A stretch of 32,000 nt of DNA, taken from positions 6,480,001 through 6,512,000 of the forward strand of contig NZ_CP042911.1 of assembly GCF_008065095.1 (NCBI RefSeq), read 5' to 3'. The DNA comes from Gemmata obscuriglobus. Lineage in GTDB: Bacteria > Planctomycetota > Planctomycetia > Gemmatales > Gemmataceae. Below the pieces are notes generated by a model. The model was not told the DNA's origin, made no database searches, and saw nothing but the letters and a program-made list of their open reading frames with translations. How positions within the stretch are numbered: the first letter of the stretch is position 1; each line of letters starts with the position of its first letter. This document shows, piece after piece, positions 1 through 7,812 of this stretch. A program made the position numbers and the translations under genes.

Positions 1-1457
1 CCCTCCCGGCGCTGGTCGCGGAGCTGCGCGTCGCGGCCAGTGGCGCGACCGAAGCCCCGCCCCGGGCCGCACCCAAGTCCGTCGCCCCGCCGGCCCCCGT
101 TGCTGCGGCCGCGCCGGCACCGGCGGCCGAGCACGTCCCGGCCCCGGCCCCCAAGGCGGAGAAGGCCGAGCACGCCCCGGCCCCGGCACCGGCACCGAAG
201 GCGGAAAAGGCCGAACCTGCCGCCGAGGGCGCCGGCCTGCGTCGCATCCCCGAGAAGGAAACGGTGCGGGTCGACAAGGACCGGCTCGACAAGCTCATCA
301 ACACCATCGGCGAGCTGGTCATCGCGCAGTCCATGGCCCAGCAGGAGTTCGACGAGATGTCCAACGGCTCGGGCGTGGGCTCGCTGGCCCTGCCCGAACT
401 GGCGAAGATCTCGCGGGACCTGCAGGAGCTGAGCCTGTCCCTGCGAATGGTGCCGCTCCAGGGCACGTTCCAAAAGATGGCCCGGCTGGTGCGGGACCTG
501 TCCCGCAAGATGAACAAGCCGGTGGAGCTGGAACTCCACGGGGAGGAAACCGAACTCGACAAGACGGTGGTGGACCAGCTCGGCGACCCGCTCATGCACA
601 TGGTCCGCAACGCCGTCGACCACGGGCTCGAAGACCCCGACGAGCGGACCACGGTGGGCAAGACGCGGGAGGGGCACGTCGAGCTCCGCGCGTACCACCA
701 GGGCGGCAGCGTGTTCATCGAGCTGACCGACGACGGCAAGGGGCTGGACCGTGAGCGGATCCTGAAGAAAGCGGTCGAGAAGGCGATTATTGCCGAAGGC
801 CAGCGGCTCACGGACCCCGAGATCTACGCGCTCATCTTCGAGCCCGGGTTCTCGACCGCCAAGGCCGTCACCGACGTGTCCGGCCGCGGGGTCGGGATGG
901 ACGTGGTGCGGCGGAACGTGGAGGCGCTGCAGGGCAACATCCTGATCCGCACCCAGGCCGGCAAGGGCACCACGTTCACCATCCGGCTGCCGCTCACGCT
1001 GGCCATCATGGACGGGCTGATGGTCGCGCTCGGGGACGACGTGTACGTGCTGCCGCTGCTGTCGGTGGTCGAGTCGTTCCGCCCGCACCCCGCGGACCTG
1101 CGCCGGGTCGCGGGCCACGGCGAGGCGGTGACGGTCCGCGGCGAGGTGGTGCCGCTCCTGCGGCTGCACCAGCTGTTCGGCCGCTCCGCGCGGGTCGAGG
1201 ACCCGGGCCGGGGGCTGGTGGTGCTGGTCGAGGACCAGGGCAAAAAGCACGCGATCCTGGTGGACGAGCTGCTGGGCCAGATGCAGGCGGTGGTGAAGAG
1301 CCTGGACGCCAACTACCGCCGGGTGGAAGGGCTCGCCGGGGCCACGATCCTCGGCGACGGCCGGGTGGCGATGATCCTCGACATCCACGGGCTGGCCCAG
1401 TTGCACGCCCAGGGCGGCGGGGCCCTGGAACCGATGTTGGCCCCGGCCGCGGTGTGA
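1..1457 (+). CDS. cheA: Chemotaxis histidine kinase CheA, 3' portion (gene begins upstream of the window)
   Basis: Frame 3 is open from nt 3 (LPALVAELRVAAS...), so the start listed at 264 is internal. A Pro/Ala/Lys linker is followed by the dimerisation segment ETVRVDKDRLDKLINTIGELVI. Kinase boxes are present: HMVRNAVDHGLE (N), DDGKGLD (G1), FEPGFSTA (F), GRGVGMDVV (G2). The C-terminus is a CheW-like domain (VYVLPLLSVVESF...ILGDGRVAMILD). Stop TGA at 1455-1457. Confidence 0.93.
   Translation, partial: LPALVAELRVAASGATEAPPRAAPKSVAPPAPVAAAAPAPAAEHVPAPAPKAEKAEHAPAPAPAPKAEKAEPAAEGAGLRRIPEKETVRVDKDRLDKLINTIGELVIAQSMAQQEFDEMSNGSGVGSLALPELAKISRDLQELSLSLRMVPLQGTFQKMARLVRDLSRKMNKPVELELHGEETELDKTVVDQLGDPLMHMVRNAVDHGLEDPDERTTVGKTREGHVELRAYHQGGSVFIELTDDGKGLDRERILKKAVEKAIIAEGQRLTDPEIYALIFEPGFSTAKAVTDVSGRGVGMDVVRRNVEALQGNILIRTQAGKGTTFTIRLPLTLAIMDGLMVALGDDVYVLPLLSVVESFRPHPADLRRVAGHGEAVTVRGEVVPLLRLHQLFGRSARVEDPGRGLVVLVEDQGKKHAILVDELLGQMQAVVKSLDANYRRVEGLAGATILGDGRVAMILDIHGLAQLHAQGGGALEPMLAPAAV
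126..209 (+). repeat. Imperfect in-frame tandem repeat (39 + 45 bp) in the CheA inter-domain linker
   Basis: gccgagcacgtcccggccccggcccccaaggcggagaag is followed by gccgagcacgccccggccccggcaccggcaccgaaggcggaaaag. These encode AEHVPAPAPKAEK / AEHAPAPAPAPKAEK. Confidence 0.6.
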
Positions 1458-1558
1458 CCGGCGGCGCACACGCACCCGCGACGGGGTCACGTTCGGACCG
1501 GGCCGCGACCGTAAGGACCGGCCCGCCCGGGACGAGACGCCATCACCGGGTCCGAGGG

Positions 1559-2470
1559 TCAGTACCGCACCGCGAACCCGACACCGGCGAAGAGGTCGCC
1601 CGCCCGGCGGTTCAGGCCGAACCCGAACCGGGCGTCGACCTGGAAATTCGGAGTCACCCGGTACAGGAGCCCGCTGTCGAAGTAATACTGGGGACCGGCC
1701 CGCGGGGTGTCGGCCCCGGCCGGCGCGAGCACGAAGAACTCGGTGAACGCCCCGAGCCGCTCGGTCAGAGTGTACCCCACCGACAGCGATTGCGCGAGCT
1801 GGGCGTACGTGCCCCCGGTGTCGTCCACGGCGGCGGCCGCGGCGCTGGTCCCGCCGAGCGACACCAGGTCGGGGATCAGCTCCCACGAGTAGAGGTACAG
1901 TAGCCCCGGCAGCGGGTGCCGGCCGCTCAGCTCCCGCCGCCCGGTGGGGACGGTCATCTGCAAGGTGACCGCGGTTTCCGGGCGCCAGCCGGCGCCCTCC
2001 GTGAGGGCGAACTTGGTTGCCAGGTAGAGGTCCTGGAAGCCGGTCGCGCGGGCGACCCCGTCGGTGCCGGCGGATCGGGTACTCAAGGCGCTTTGGCCGA
2101 CCTGGACCTCGAACCAATCGGCCAGCAGTCCGACCCGGAGCAGCGCCTCAGGGAACGAGTGAGAGGTGACCCGGGTGACGGGATCACGGGCGGTGGTGAA
2201 CGTGTACCCGCTCTCCAGTTGCACGCGCCCGCGGCCGACGGTGCGGCTGGAGTTGGTGAAGTCCGGGCGCTCGGTGGTGATCGGGGTTTCAGCGTCCGAG
2301 CGGCCGCCGGGTGCGGGATCGTCCTCGGACCCAGAATCACCCGCCGGCCCGGAACCGGGCCACTGGAATAGTGCTTTCGGCGGTGCCTCACCCGGGCCGA
2401 CGTGGTTCCGCGTGACGCACCCGCACGCCAGAACCACCGCCAGGACGGGAGTTAGTAACGCGCGGTACAT
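1559..2470 (-). CDS. Outer-membrane beta-barrel protein, transporter / MetA-pathway-of-phenol-degradation-like family
   Basis: 303 codons from ATG 2470; the track ORF starts at an upstream alternative codon, 2521. The N-terminus MYRALLTPVLAVVLACGC looks like a signal peptide with a lipobox-like LACGC. The body fits the family pattern ERPDFTNSSRTVGRGRVQLESGYTFT ... GFQDLYLATKF. The terminal GVGFAVRY is an aromatic C-terminus typical of OM barrels. Confidence 0.75.
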   Translation of the reverse strand: MYRALLTPVLAVVLACGCVTRNHVGPGEAPPKALFQWPGSGPAGDSGSEDDPAPGGRSDAETPITTERPDFTNSSRTVGRGRVQLESGYTFTTARDPVTRVTSHSFPEALLRVGLLADWFEVQVGQSALSTRSAGTDGVARATGFQDLYLATKFALTEGAGWRPETAVTLQMTVPTGRRELSGRHPLPGLLYLYSWELIPDLVSLGGTSAAAAAVDDTGGTYAQLAQSLSVGYTLTERLGAFTEFFVLAPAGADTPRAGPQYYFDSGLLYRVTPNFQVDARFGFGLNRRAGDLFAGVGFAVRY

Positions 2471-2588
2471 CGGCACCTCGTGTTCGGCCGCACCGATTAT
2501 CGGCGTTTTGTGACCTAACATTTAGATCATCGTAGCCCGAACCCACGGTGCCCGCGCGGCCCCCGTCAACAGCAAAGGAGACCCTCAC

Positions 2589-3074
2589 GTGAGCGACGAA
2601 AACCACAACCCGGCCGCCGTACAGGCCGATACCGGTCAATTCTTGACGTTCTGTCTAGCGGACGAGGAGTACGGGCTCGAGATCCTGCGGGTACAGGAGA
2701 TTAAGGGGTACTCCAAGGTGACCCCGCTGCCTAACACCCCGCCCGAAGTCAAGGGGGTCATGAACCTGCGCGGCACGGTCGTCCCGATCATCGACCTGCG
2801 CACCCGGTTCGGGCTCGACCAGGCCGAGTACACCCGGTTCACCGTCATCATCGTGGTCACTGTCGGCACCAAAGTGGTCGGCCTCGTCGTCGACGCCGTC
2901 TCCGACGTGCTCAACGTGGACGCCAAGGAACTGGTGCCCACCCCGGACCTCGGGTCCCGAGTGGACACCACGTTCCTCACCGGCATCGCCCGCAACGGCG
3001 AGCGTCTCGTCTCCCTGCTCAACATCGATCGGCTGGTGGGGGCCACGACCGGAGGGGCCGCACTCACGGCTTGA
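2589..3074 (+). CDS. cheW: Chemotaxis coupling protein CheW
   Basis: 161 aa with GTG start; AAAGGAG lies 8 nt upstream. Typical CheW motifs: QFLTFCLADEEYGLEILRVQEIKGY, TPLPNTPPEVKGVMNLRGTVVPIIDLRTRFGL, GLVVDAVSDVL. Confidence 0.93.
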   Translation: MSDENHNPAAVQADTGQFLTFCLADEEYGLEILRVQEIKGYSKVTPLPNTPPEVKGVMNLRGTVVPIIDLRTRFGLDQAEYTRFTVIIVVTVGTKVVGLVVDAVSDVLNVDAKELVPTPDLGSRVDTTFLTGIARNGERLVSLLNIDRLVGATTGGAALTA

Positions 3075-3131
3075 CCGCACGGTCCCACTCATCGTCCCGC
3101 CCGCGCGGGAACCACCAACGGCGAGCCTCTC

Positions 3132-5432
3132 GTGATCAAGAGCTTTAACAACCTCGGCATCGGCACCCGCCTCATGGGGGCGTTTCTGTTGCTGGCGTTT
3201 ATCAGTGCGGGCGTCGGGCATTACGGGTTGAGGGCGATTGACGACCTGAACCACACCGTCGAGAACACCAACGGGAACCTGCTCCCCTCACTGACGGCTC
3301 TGAACGAGATGGGCGGGAAAGGGATCACTACGATCCAGCGCACCGAGCGCACGTTGATCATGGCGACTCGCAACAAGAACGAGGCCAACATTCAGCGGGC
3401 GCGCGCGTACCAGACGGCCGCCTGGGACACTATCCGAAACGCCACCAAGCGGTACGAAGCGCTACCGATGGGGGATCGGGAAAAGCGCCTCTGGAACGAG
3501 TTCCTTCCGCGGCTGGAGCAGTTCCGCAAGGACCACGAGGCCACGATGGCGGCCCTGAGCGCCGGTCGGGTCGACGAAGCCGAGAGGTTGTGCCTCGCGT
3601 CCACGGAACATACGAACCAGGCGAATGCGGCGCTGAACGCCCTGATCGACTTGCAGAACGAGATCGCCGGCCAGGAGGCAACGGCCGCCCGTGCCAAGTA
3701 CGAGTCCTCTCGGACTGCCATGTTCTCTGCCATCGCGATCGCGGTCGTCGTAGCAGTGGCACTCGGCGTCTTCTTTCGCGCGCTGATCGTGCGGCCACTC
3801 GATGCAACCGTACGGGTGCTGGAGGCGGTCGCGTGCGGTAACCTCACCCACAAGGCGGTTGTCACGTCGGAGGACGAGTTCGGGCGCCTGGGAAATGCCC
3901 TCAACGCCACAGTTACCGGTCTCCAGACCGCACTCAAACAAGACAAAGTGAGCTGGGAAACGGTAGGGACACAGCAAGAGCAGAACGCCGACTTCGCGGG
4001 CCAAGTTGCGGCGGTGGGCAAGGCGATGGCGGTGATCGAGTTCAAACTCGACGGCACCATCGTTTCGGCCAACGAGAACTTCCTGGGCGCTTTGGGCTAC
4101 CGGTTGCCGGAGATCCAGGGGCGGCACCACAGCATGTTCGTGGAGCCCGCAGACGCGAACAGCTCCGCGTACCGGGAGTTCTGGGCGCGACTGAACCGCG
4201 GCGAGTTCATCGCGAGCGAGTTCAAGCGGCTTGGTAAGGGCGGCAAGGAAGTGTGGATTCAGGCGTCCTACAACCCCATCCTCGGGCGCGACGGGAAGCC
4301 GTACAAGGTGGTCAAGTTTGCCGCAGACATCACCGCCGCCAAGCTCATGGAACAGAAAATCAAAGACGACGCGACTGAGTTGCAGCGCAAGGTGGAGGAG
4401 ATCCAGATCGGGGTGGGCGCCCTGGCGGCGGGCGATTTTACGGTCGCGATCCCGGACTTGGGCACCGACAACGTGGGCCGGATGGCTCACTCGCTGAACC
4501 AAGCGGTCGTAAGTATGCGGGCCGCTCTGGAGGGCGTATGGAAAGTGTCCGAGCAACTGGCCGACGCGTCCACCCAACTGTCCGGTGCCAGCGAGGAGAT
4601 CGCGTCCGGTGCCCAGGAGCAGGCGAGTAGCCTCGAAGAAACGGCCAGCAGTCTTGAAGAAATTACCGCCACCGTGCAGCGCAACGCCGACAACGCCCAG
4701 CAGGCCCGACAACTGGCCGGCGGGTCGCGCGAGGTCGCCGAGCGCGGTCGCCAGGTGGTGAGCGGGGCCGTCGAAGCCATGGGCGAGATCAACGGGTCCA
4801 GCAAGAAGATCGCGGAGATCATCACCACCATCGACGAGATCGCGTTCCAGACCAACCTGCTGGCCCTCAACGCCGCCGTCGAGGCGGCCCGGGCGGGCGA
4901 ACAGGGGCGCGGGTTCGCGGTGGTGGCCACCGAGGTCCGCAACCTGGCCCAGCGGTCCGCCACCGCCGCCAAGGAGATCAAAAGCCTGATCAACGACAGC
5001 GTCAAGAAGGTGGATACGGGCACGGAGCTGGTGAACAAGTCGGGCGACACCCTGGCCGAGATCGTGACCAGCGTCAAGCGGGTCACCGACATCGTCACCG
5101 AGATGGCCGCCGCCGGCAAGGAGCAGTCGATCGGCATCGAGCAGGTCAACAAGGCGGTCAGCCAGATGGACACCGCCACCCAGCGGAACGCCTCCCAGAC
5201 CGAGGAGCTGTCGGCGACGGCCCAGTCCCTGACCGACCAGGCGGCCCAGCTCCGCGACCTCGTCGCACGGTTCAAACTCGGCAACAACGGCCACGCGCCC
5301 ACGCCGCGCCCGGCCGCCCGCAAGCCGGCCAAGCAGAACACCGGACCGAAGCCTCGTGCCGCCGTCGCACCGGCCGCGAGCGGCCGCGGGCGGGACGACC
5401 TCGGGGCCGACAGCGGGTTCGCCGATTTTTGA
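3132..5432 (+). CDS. Methyl-accepting chemotaxis protein: 4-helix-bundle sensor, HAMP, PAS, signalling domain
   Basis: 766 aa. TM1 is GTRLMGAFLLLAFISAGVG, followed by a periplasmic 4HB_MCP-like region and TM2 (MFSAIAIAVVVAVALGVFF). HAMP segment: RPLDATVRVLEAVACGNLTHK...DEFGRLGNALN. PAS segment: MAVIEFKLDGTIVSANENFLGALGY...GKEVWIQASYNPILGRDGKPYKVVKFAADIT. Highly conserved hairpin tip: [43 protein letters not shown]. The GTG start at 3132 has no obvious SD, so the start is less certain than the gene. Confidence 0.93.
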   Translation: MIKSFNNLGIGTRLMGAFLLLAFISAGVGHYGLRAIDDLNHTVENTNGNLLPSLTALNEMGGKGITTIQRTERTLIMATRNKNEANIQRARAYQTAAWDTIRNATKRYEALPMGDREKRLWNEFLPRLEQFRKDHEATMAALSAGRVDEAERLCLASTEHTNQANAALNALIDLQNEIAGQEATAARAKYESSRTAMFSAIAIAVVVAVALGVFFRALIVRPLDATVRVLEAVACGNLTHKAVVTSEDEFGRLGNALNATVTGLQTALKQDKVSWETVGTQQEQNADFAGQVAAVGKAMAVIEFKLDGTIVSANENFLGALGYRLPEIQGRHHSMFVEPADANSSAYREFWARLNRGEFIASEFKRLGKGGKEVWIQASYNPILGRDGKPYKVVKFAADITAAKLMEQKIKDDATELQRKVEEIQIGVGALAAGDFTVAIPDLGTDNVGRMAHSLNQAVVSMRAALEGVWKVSEQLADASTQLSGASEEIASGAQEQASSLEETASSLEEITATVQRNADNAQQARQLAGGSREVAERGRQVVSGAVEAMGEINGSSKKIAEIITTIDEIAFQTNLLALNAAVEAARAGEQGRGFAVVATEVRNLAQRSATAAKEIKSLINDSVKKVDTGTELVNKSGDTLAEIVTSVKRVTDIVTEMAAAGKEQSIGIEQVNKAVSQMDTATQRNASQTEELSATAQSLTDQAAQLRDLVARFKLGNNGHAPTPRPAARKPAKQNTGPKPRAAVAPAASGRGRDDLGADSGFADF
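4710..5292 (+). repeat. Copy A of a ~583-bp near-identical direct repeat shared by the two MCP genes
   Basis: Aligns without indels to 9091-9673 (constant offset 4381 nt). Some runs have no mismatch, e.g. 4752-4867 versus 9133-9248 (116 bp). Weaker similarity continues upstream to about 4420 / 8800. Confidence 0.9.
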
Positions 5433-5493
5433 ACTCGATCACCGGCCGACAGGTCGAACACAAACGCAGCAACACGAGTCCATCAACAAAGCA

Positions 5494-5526
5494 GGGCACG
5501 CTCCGGGCTCAACCCGGAGCATGCCC
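5494..5526. terminator. GC-rich hairpin in the convergent spacer between mcp-1 and the alginate-export-like gene
   Basis: GGGCACGCTCCGGG-ctcaa-CCCGGAGCATGCCC forms a 14-bp stem with one mismatch. No clear T tract on either side, so its function is inferred from position only. Confidence 0.4.
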
Positions 5527-5546
5527 CGTTCAAATCGCTCGTCCGT

Positions 5547-7355
5547 TCACCACTTGAAACTACACTGCGTGTAGAACAATTGAACGTTATTCGGGTTGCC
5601 GGTGCGTCGCCAGAACGTGCCGCCGAAGAACTTCGAGTACCCCACCATGAGCTGCGTGTGCTTCGTCAGGTTGATGTCGGCGAGTAAGTCGATTTCGTCG
5701 CCCACATCGGTTCCGGACCGGCCGGTCGCGTCCCGCCGCAGCACCCCGCCGTCCGCGATGTACAGGGCGTCGCGCCGCGAGTCGAGCGAGAAGGCGTGGT
5801 ACTGAGCTATAACGCTCAGCCACTTGGTTGGGGTCGCACTGATCTGCATGTTCAGGTCGTGGATGTTCTGCCGGGCCACGAGGTCGAGATACCCGAGGTA
5901 GTTGTGGCGCTGCCCGAACAGTTGATTGAAGGTCCGGTTGCTCCCGGAGCGGCCGGTAGGGTCCTTGTCGCCCGAGGCGTAGTCGTAGTAGATCCACACG
6001 TGCGGCACCCAGGGCACCTCGGCGAACCGCCAGCCCAGCCCGGCCGTGGCGAACCGGGCCAGCGCGTGCCGCGTGCCGCGCTCGCCGAACTGCACGCCGC
6101 CCTCGAAGTCGAAGAGCAGGTGCTTGTCCACGTCACCACAGTACCGGCTCCCGAACGTGTGGATGTCGCCGTTATTGGTTGTCGTGTTCGCCTGGGCCAG
6201 GCCCAAGTAGTAGAAGTCGAAGGACGTGCCCTCCCGCGGGCGGTACTGGCCCCACAGCCCGAACAGGTTCTGGTTGTTGTTCACCGAGTCGAACTGGTCG
6301 AGGTTGGTGACGACGGGTTGCACCCAGAACGCGTCCAGGCTCCACTGGTCGTTGGCCCAGTACGCCTTCGCCCCCTGGAACGTGCGGCGCGTGTTCGCCC
6401 AGTCGGGCGGGGAGAGCAGCCGCTGCGAGCCGTAGAGCAGTTCCTGGCGCCCGACCCGCACGTAGAGCGGGCCGCCGAAGGGGTCGCCGACCTTGGCGTC
6501 CACGAAGCCGTTCTGCAGTTCCGGACCGCTCCCGTCGTTGCCAACCGGCGGGAGCCGGTTGTCGTAGATGTCAGTGTACATGAACTCAGCGAACACCCGG
6601 AACTGGTCCTTGTACCACAGGTCCCCGTACGAGCGGACCCGGAAGTTGTTGAAGAAGTTGTTGGTCCCGGTGCCGCGGCCGCTGAGCTGGTTCATGTACC
6701 GGTCGCGCACCTCACCGCCGGTGGAGAACAGGAAGTCCCCGTCCGGGCCGAAGTGAATGCGCTTGTACGCGTCGGACCAGTCGTAGTCGGTGTTCTTCGG
6801 GTCCTCCAGGTAGCGGAAGTCGTAGTTGTAGTACGGGTTCGAGTTCAGGCTCCGGGGGCCGAACTGGTACCGCGGCGCCTTCTCCGAATAGTTCCCGTGG
6901 ATCTCGTCGACCAGGGTGTAGTAGCCGCCCCCCTTCTCGCGGATGGTGAACCAGCCCTCGCGGTGGCGCGGGAAAATCGGCGGCACCTTGGCCCAGTTCA
7001 CCTTCTTCTTGTCGTCCTCCTTTTTCTCATCGGCCTTCTTGTCCCCGGCCTTGCCGGCCGCCGGCGGAGTGCCGGACGGGTTCGTTTTGGACGTACCGTC
7101 CGGTTGCAGGGCGGCGCTCGCCTCCGTCCCGGCCGCCGCTTCCCCGGCCGGCGGCTCTTGTGGCATCTGGGCGCGGGCCGACGCCTCGGCAAACCGGGCG
7201 GACCGCGTGGGCTGCGGAGGGGGCGTCGCCGCCTCGGCGAATCGGGTGGGCTGCTGAGCACCGGCTTGGCTGAGCAGCACGAGCGCGCTGCCGAGCGCTA
7301 CGGCTGCGGTCCACGCCGTGCGTGACCGGCCGGGTGATTGGGGCGAGCACAACAT
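5547..7355 (-). CDS. Outer-membrane beta-barrel protein, alginate-export (AlgE-like) family, with a low-complexity N-terminal extension
   Basis: 602 codons from ATG 7355 (MLCSPQSPGRSRTAWTAAVALGSALVLLSQAGAQQ, signal-like); the track ORF starts at 7505. An Ala/Pro/Lys-rich region (…KAGDKKADEKKEDDKKK) precedes the barrel. Family-typical stretches: VGRQELLYGSQRLLSPPDWANTRRTFQGAKAYWANDQWSLDAFW and a terminal CSFKW. Confidence 0.7.
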   Translation of the reverse strand: MLCSPQSPGRSRTAWTAAVALGSALVLLSQAGAQQPTRFAEAATPPPQPTRSARFAEASARAQMPQEPPAGEAAAGTEASAALQPDGTSKTNPSGTPPAAGKAGDKKADEKKEDDKKKVNWAKVPPIFPRHREGWFTIREKGGGYYTLVDEIHGNYSEKAPRYQFGPRSLNSNPYYNYDFRYLEDPKNTDYDWSDAYKRIHFGPDGDFLFSTGGEVRDRYMNQLSGRGTGTNNFFNNFRVRSYGDLWYKDQFRVFAEFMYTDIYDNRLPPVGNDGSGPELQNGFVDAKVGDPFGGPLYVRVGRQELLYGSQRLLSPPDWANTRRTFQGAKAYWANDQWSLDAFWVQPVVTNLDQFDSVNNNQNLFGLWGQYRPREGTSFDFYYLGLAQANTTTNNGDIHTFGSRYCGDVDKHLLFDFEGGVQFGERGTRHALARFATAGLGWRFAEVPWVPHVWIYYDYASGDKDPTGRSGSNRTFNQLFGQRHNYLGYLDLVARQNIHDLNMQISATPTKWLSVIAQYHAFSLDSRRDALYIADGGVLRRDATGRSGTDVGDEIDLLADINLTKHTQLMVGYSKFFGGTFWRRTGNPNNVQLFYTQCSFKW

Positions 7356-7812
7356 TTCATGTCTCCCGACGTGACGGGTAACTGAGGTTCGGGTGTTCGG
7401 ACCGCGTCTTCGCGTGCATCGTCCCTCACCAAGGATGTAAAGCCTTGGCCTGCATTTTTTTGAGCTGTTTGGGAGCGAGCCGAAGAACGTGCTACAGGAG
7501 TACAATCGTCAGGTCGGGAGGTTCGACTTGTGCGGTTTTTTGGTTAAACGCGGCCGGCGCGGGCTGAGCGAGTTCGGCGAGCTGGGGCGGTCCGGTGAAC
7601 AACTCTTCCTCGAAGTTCACGATAAATGACTTGAGTTCCGTTTTCACGCTCCGACAGGGTTCTGTGCAGCTCGTGCCCCAAATCGAGTGCTATACGAGTG
7701 TAAGAGGCTCTCGGGTCGGCGGTTCGACCTGACGTCCGCGGCGGCTCACACGGACGAATGCCATCGGCGACACGCACGCCCACGGGCACCGGCGCATACA
7801 GCGAGAACTTTC

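Noticed and set aside
40-432. 130-aa ORF (MARPKPRPGPHPSPSPRRPP...) at the window start.
   Set aside because: It is the alternative frame of the CheA linker region. The extreme Pro/Arg composition and the open, motif-bearing CheA frame across the same bases argue against it.
2471-2588. Possible divergent promoters between the phenol-transporter-like gene and cheW, including the CCGAT-T-ATCGG palindrome and a GATAAT hexamer on the minus strand.
   Set aside because: I could not pair any -10-like hexamer with a -35 at acceptable spacing. The evidence is too weak to list as a feature.
3462-5294. 610-aa minus-strand ORF antisense to mcp-1. Similar long antisense or off-frame ORFs occur at 7690-9888, 7746-8864, 8403-10133, 10954-12621, 11479-12634, 14746-17136, 17633-19465, 19670-21457, 18438-20513, 5796-7325, 21523-22701 and 26620-27579.
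   Set aside because: All lie entirely opposite or out of frame to genes with unmistakable family motifs. Their translations are Arg/Pro/Gly/His-rich low-complexity strings typical of shadow ORFs in high-GC DNA, where stop codons are rare. None shows a recognisable domain.
7517-7730. GGTTCGAC(T/C)TG occurs twice (about 7520 and 7722), which superficially resembles a tRNA T-arm.
   Set aside because: No acceptor stem, anticodon arm or complementary T-stem surrounds either copy. It is probably a chance short direct repeat in the spacer.
7492-7789. Small ORFs in the 460-bp divergent spacer upstream of mcp-2: the 81-aa track ORF 7544-7789, and a 51-codon GTG-initiated frame at 7492-7647 ([28 protein letters not shown]...).
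   Set aside because: Neither has a usable Shine-Dalgarno spacing or a recognisable family, and third-position GC is only moderate. The 51-codon frame looks slightly protein-like, but I cannot support it from the sequence alone.
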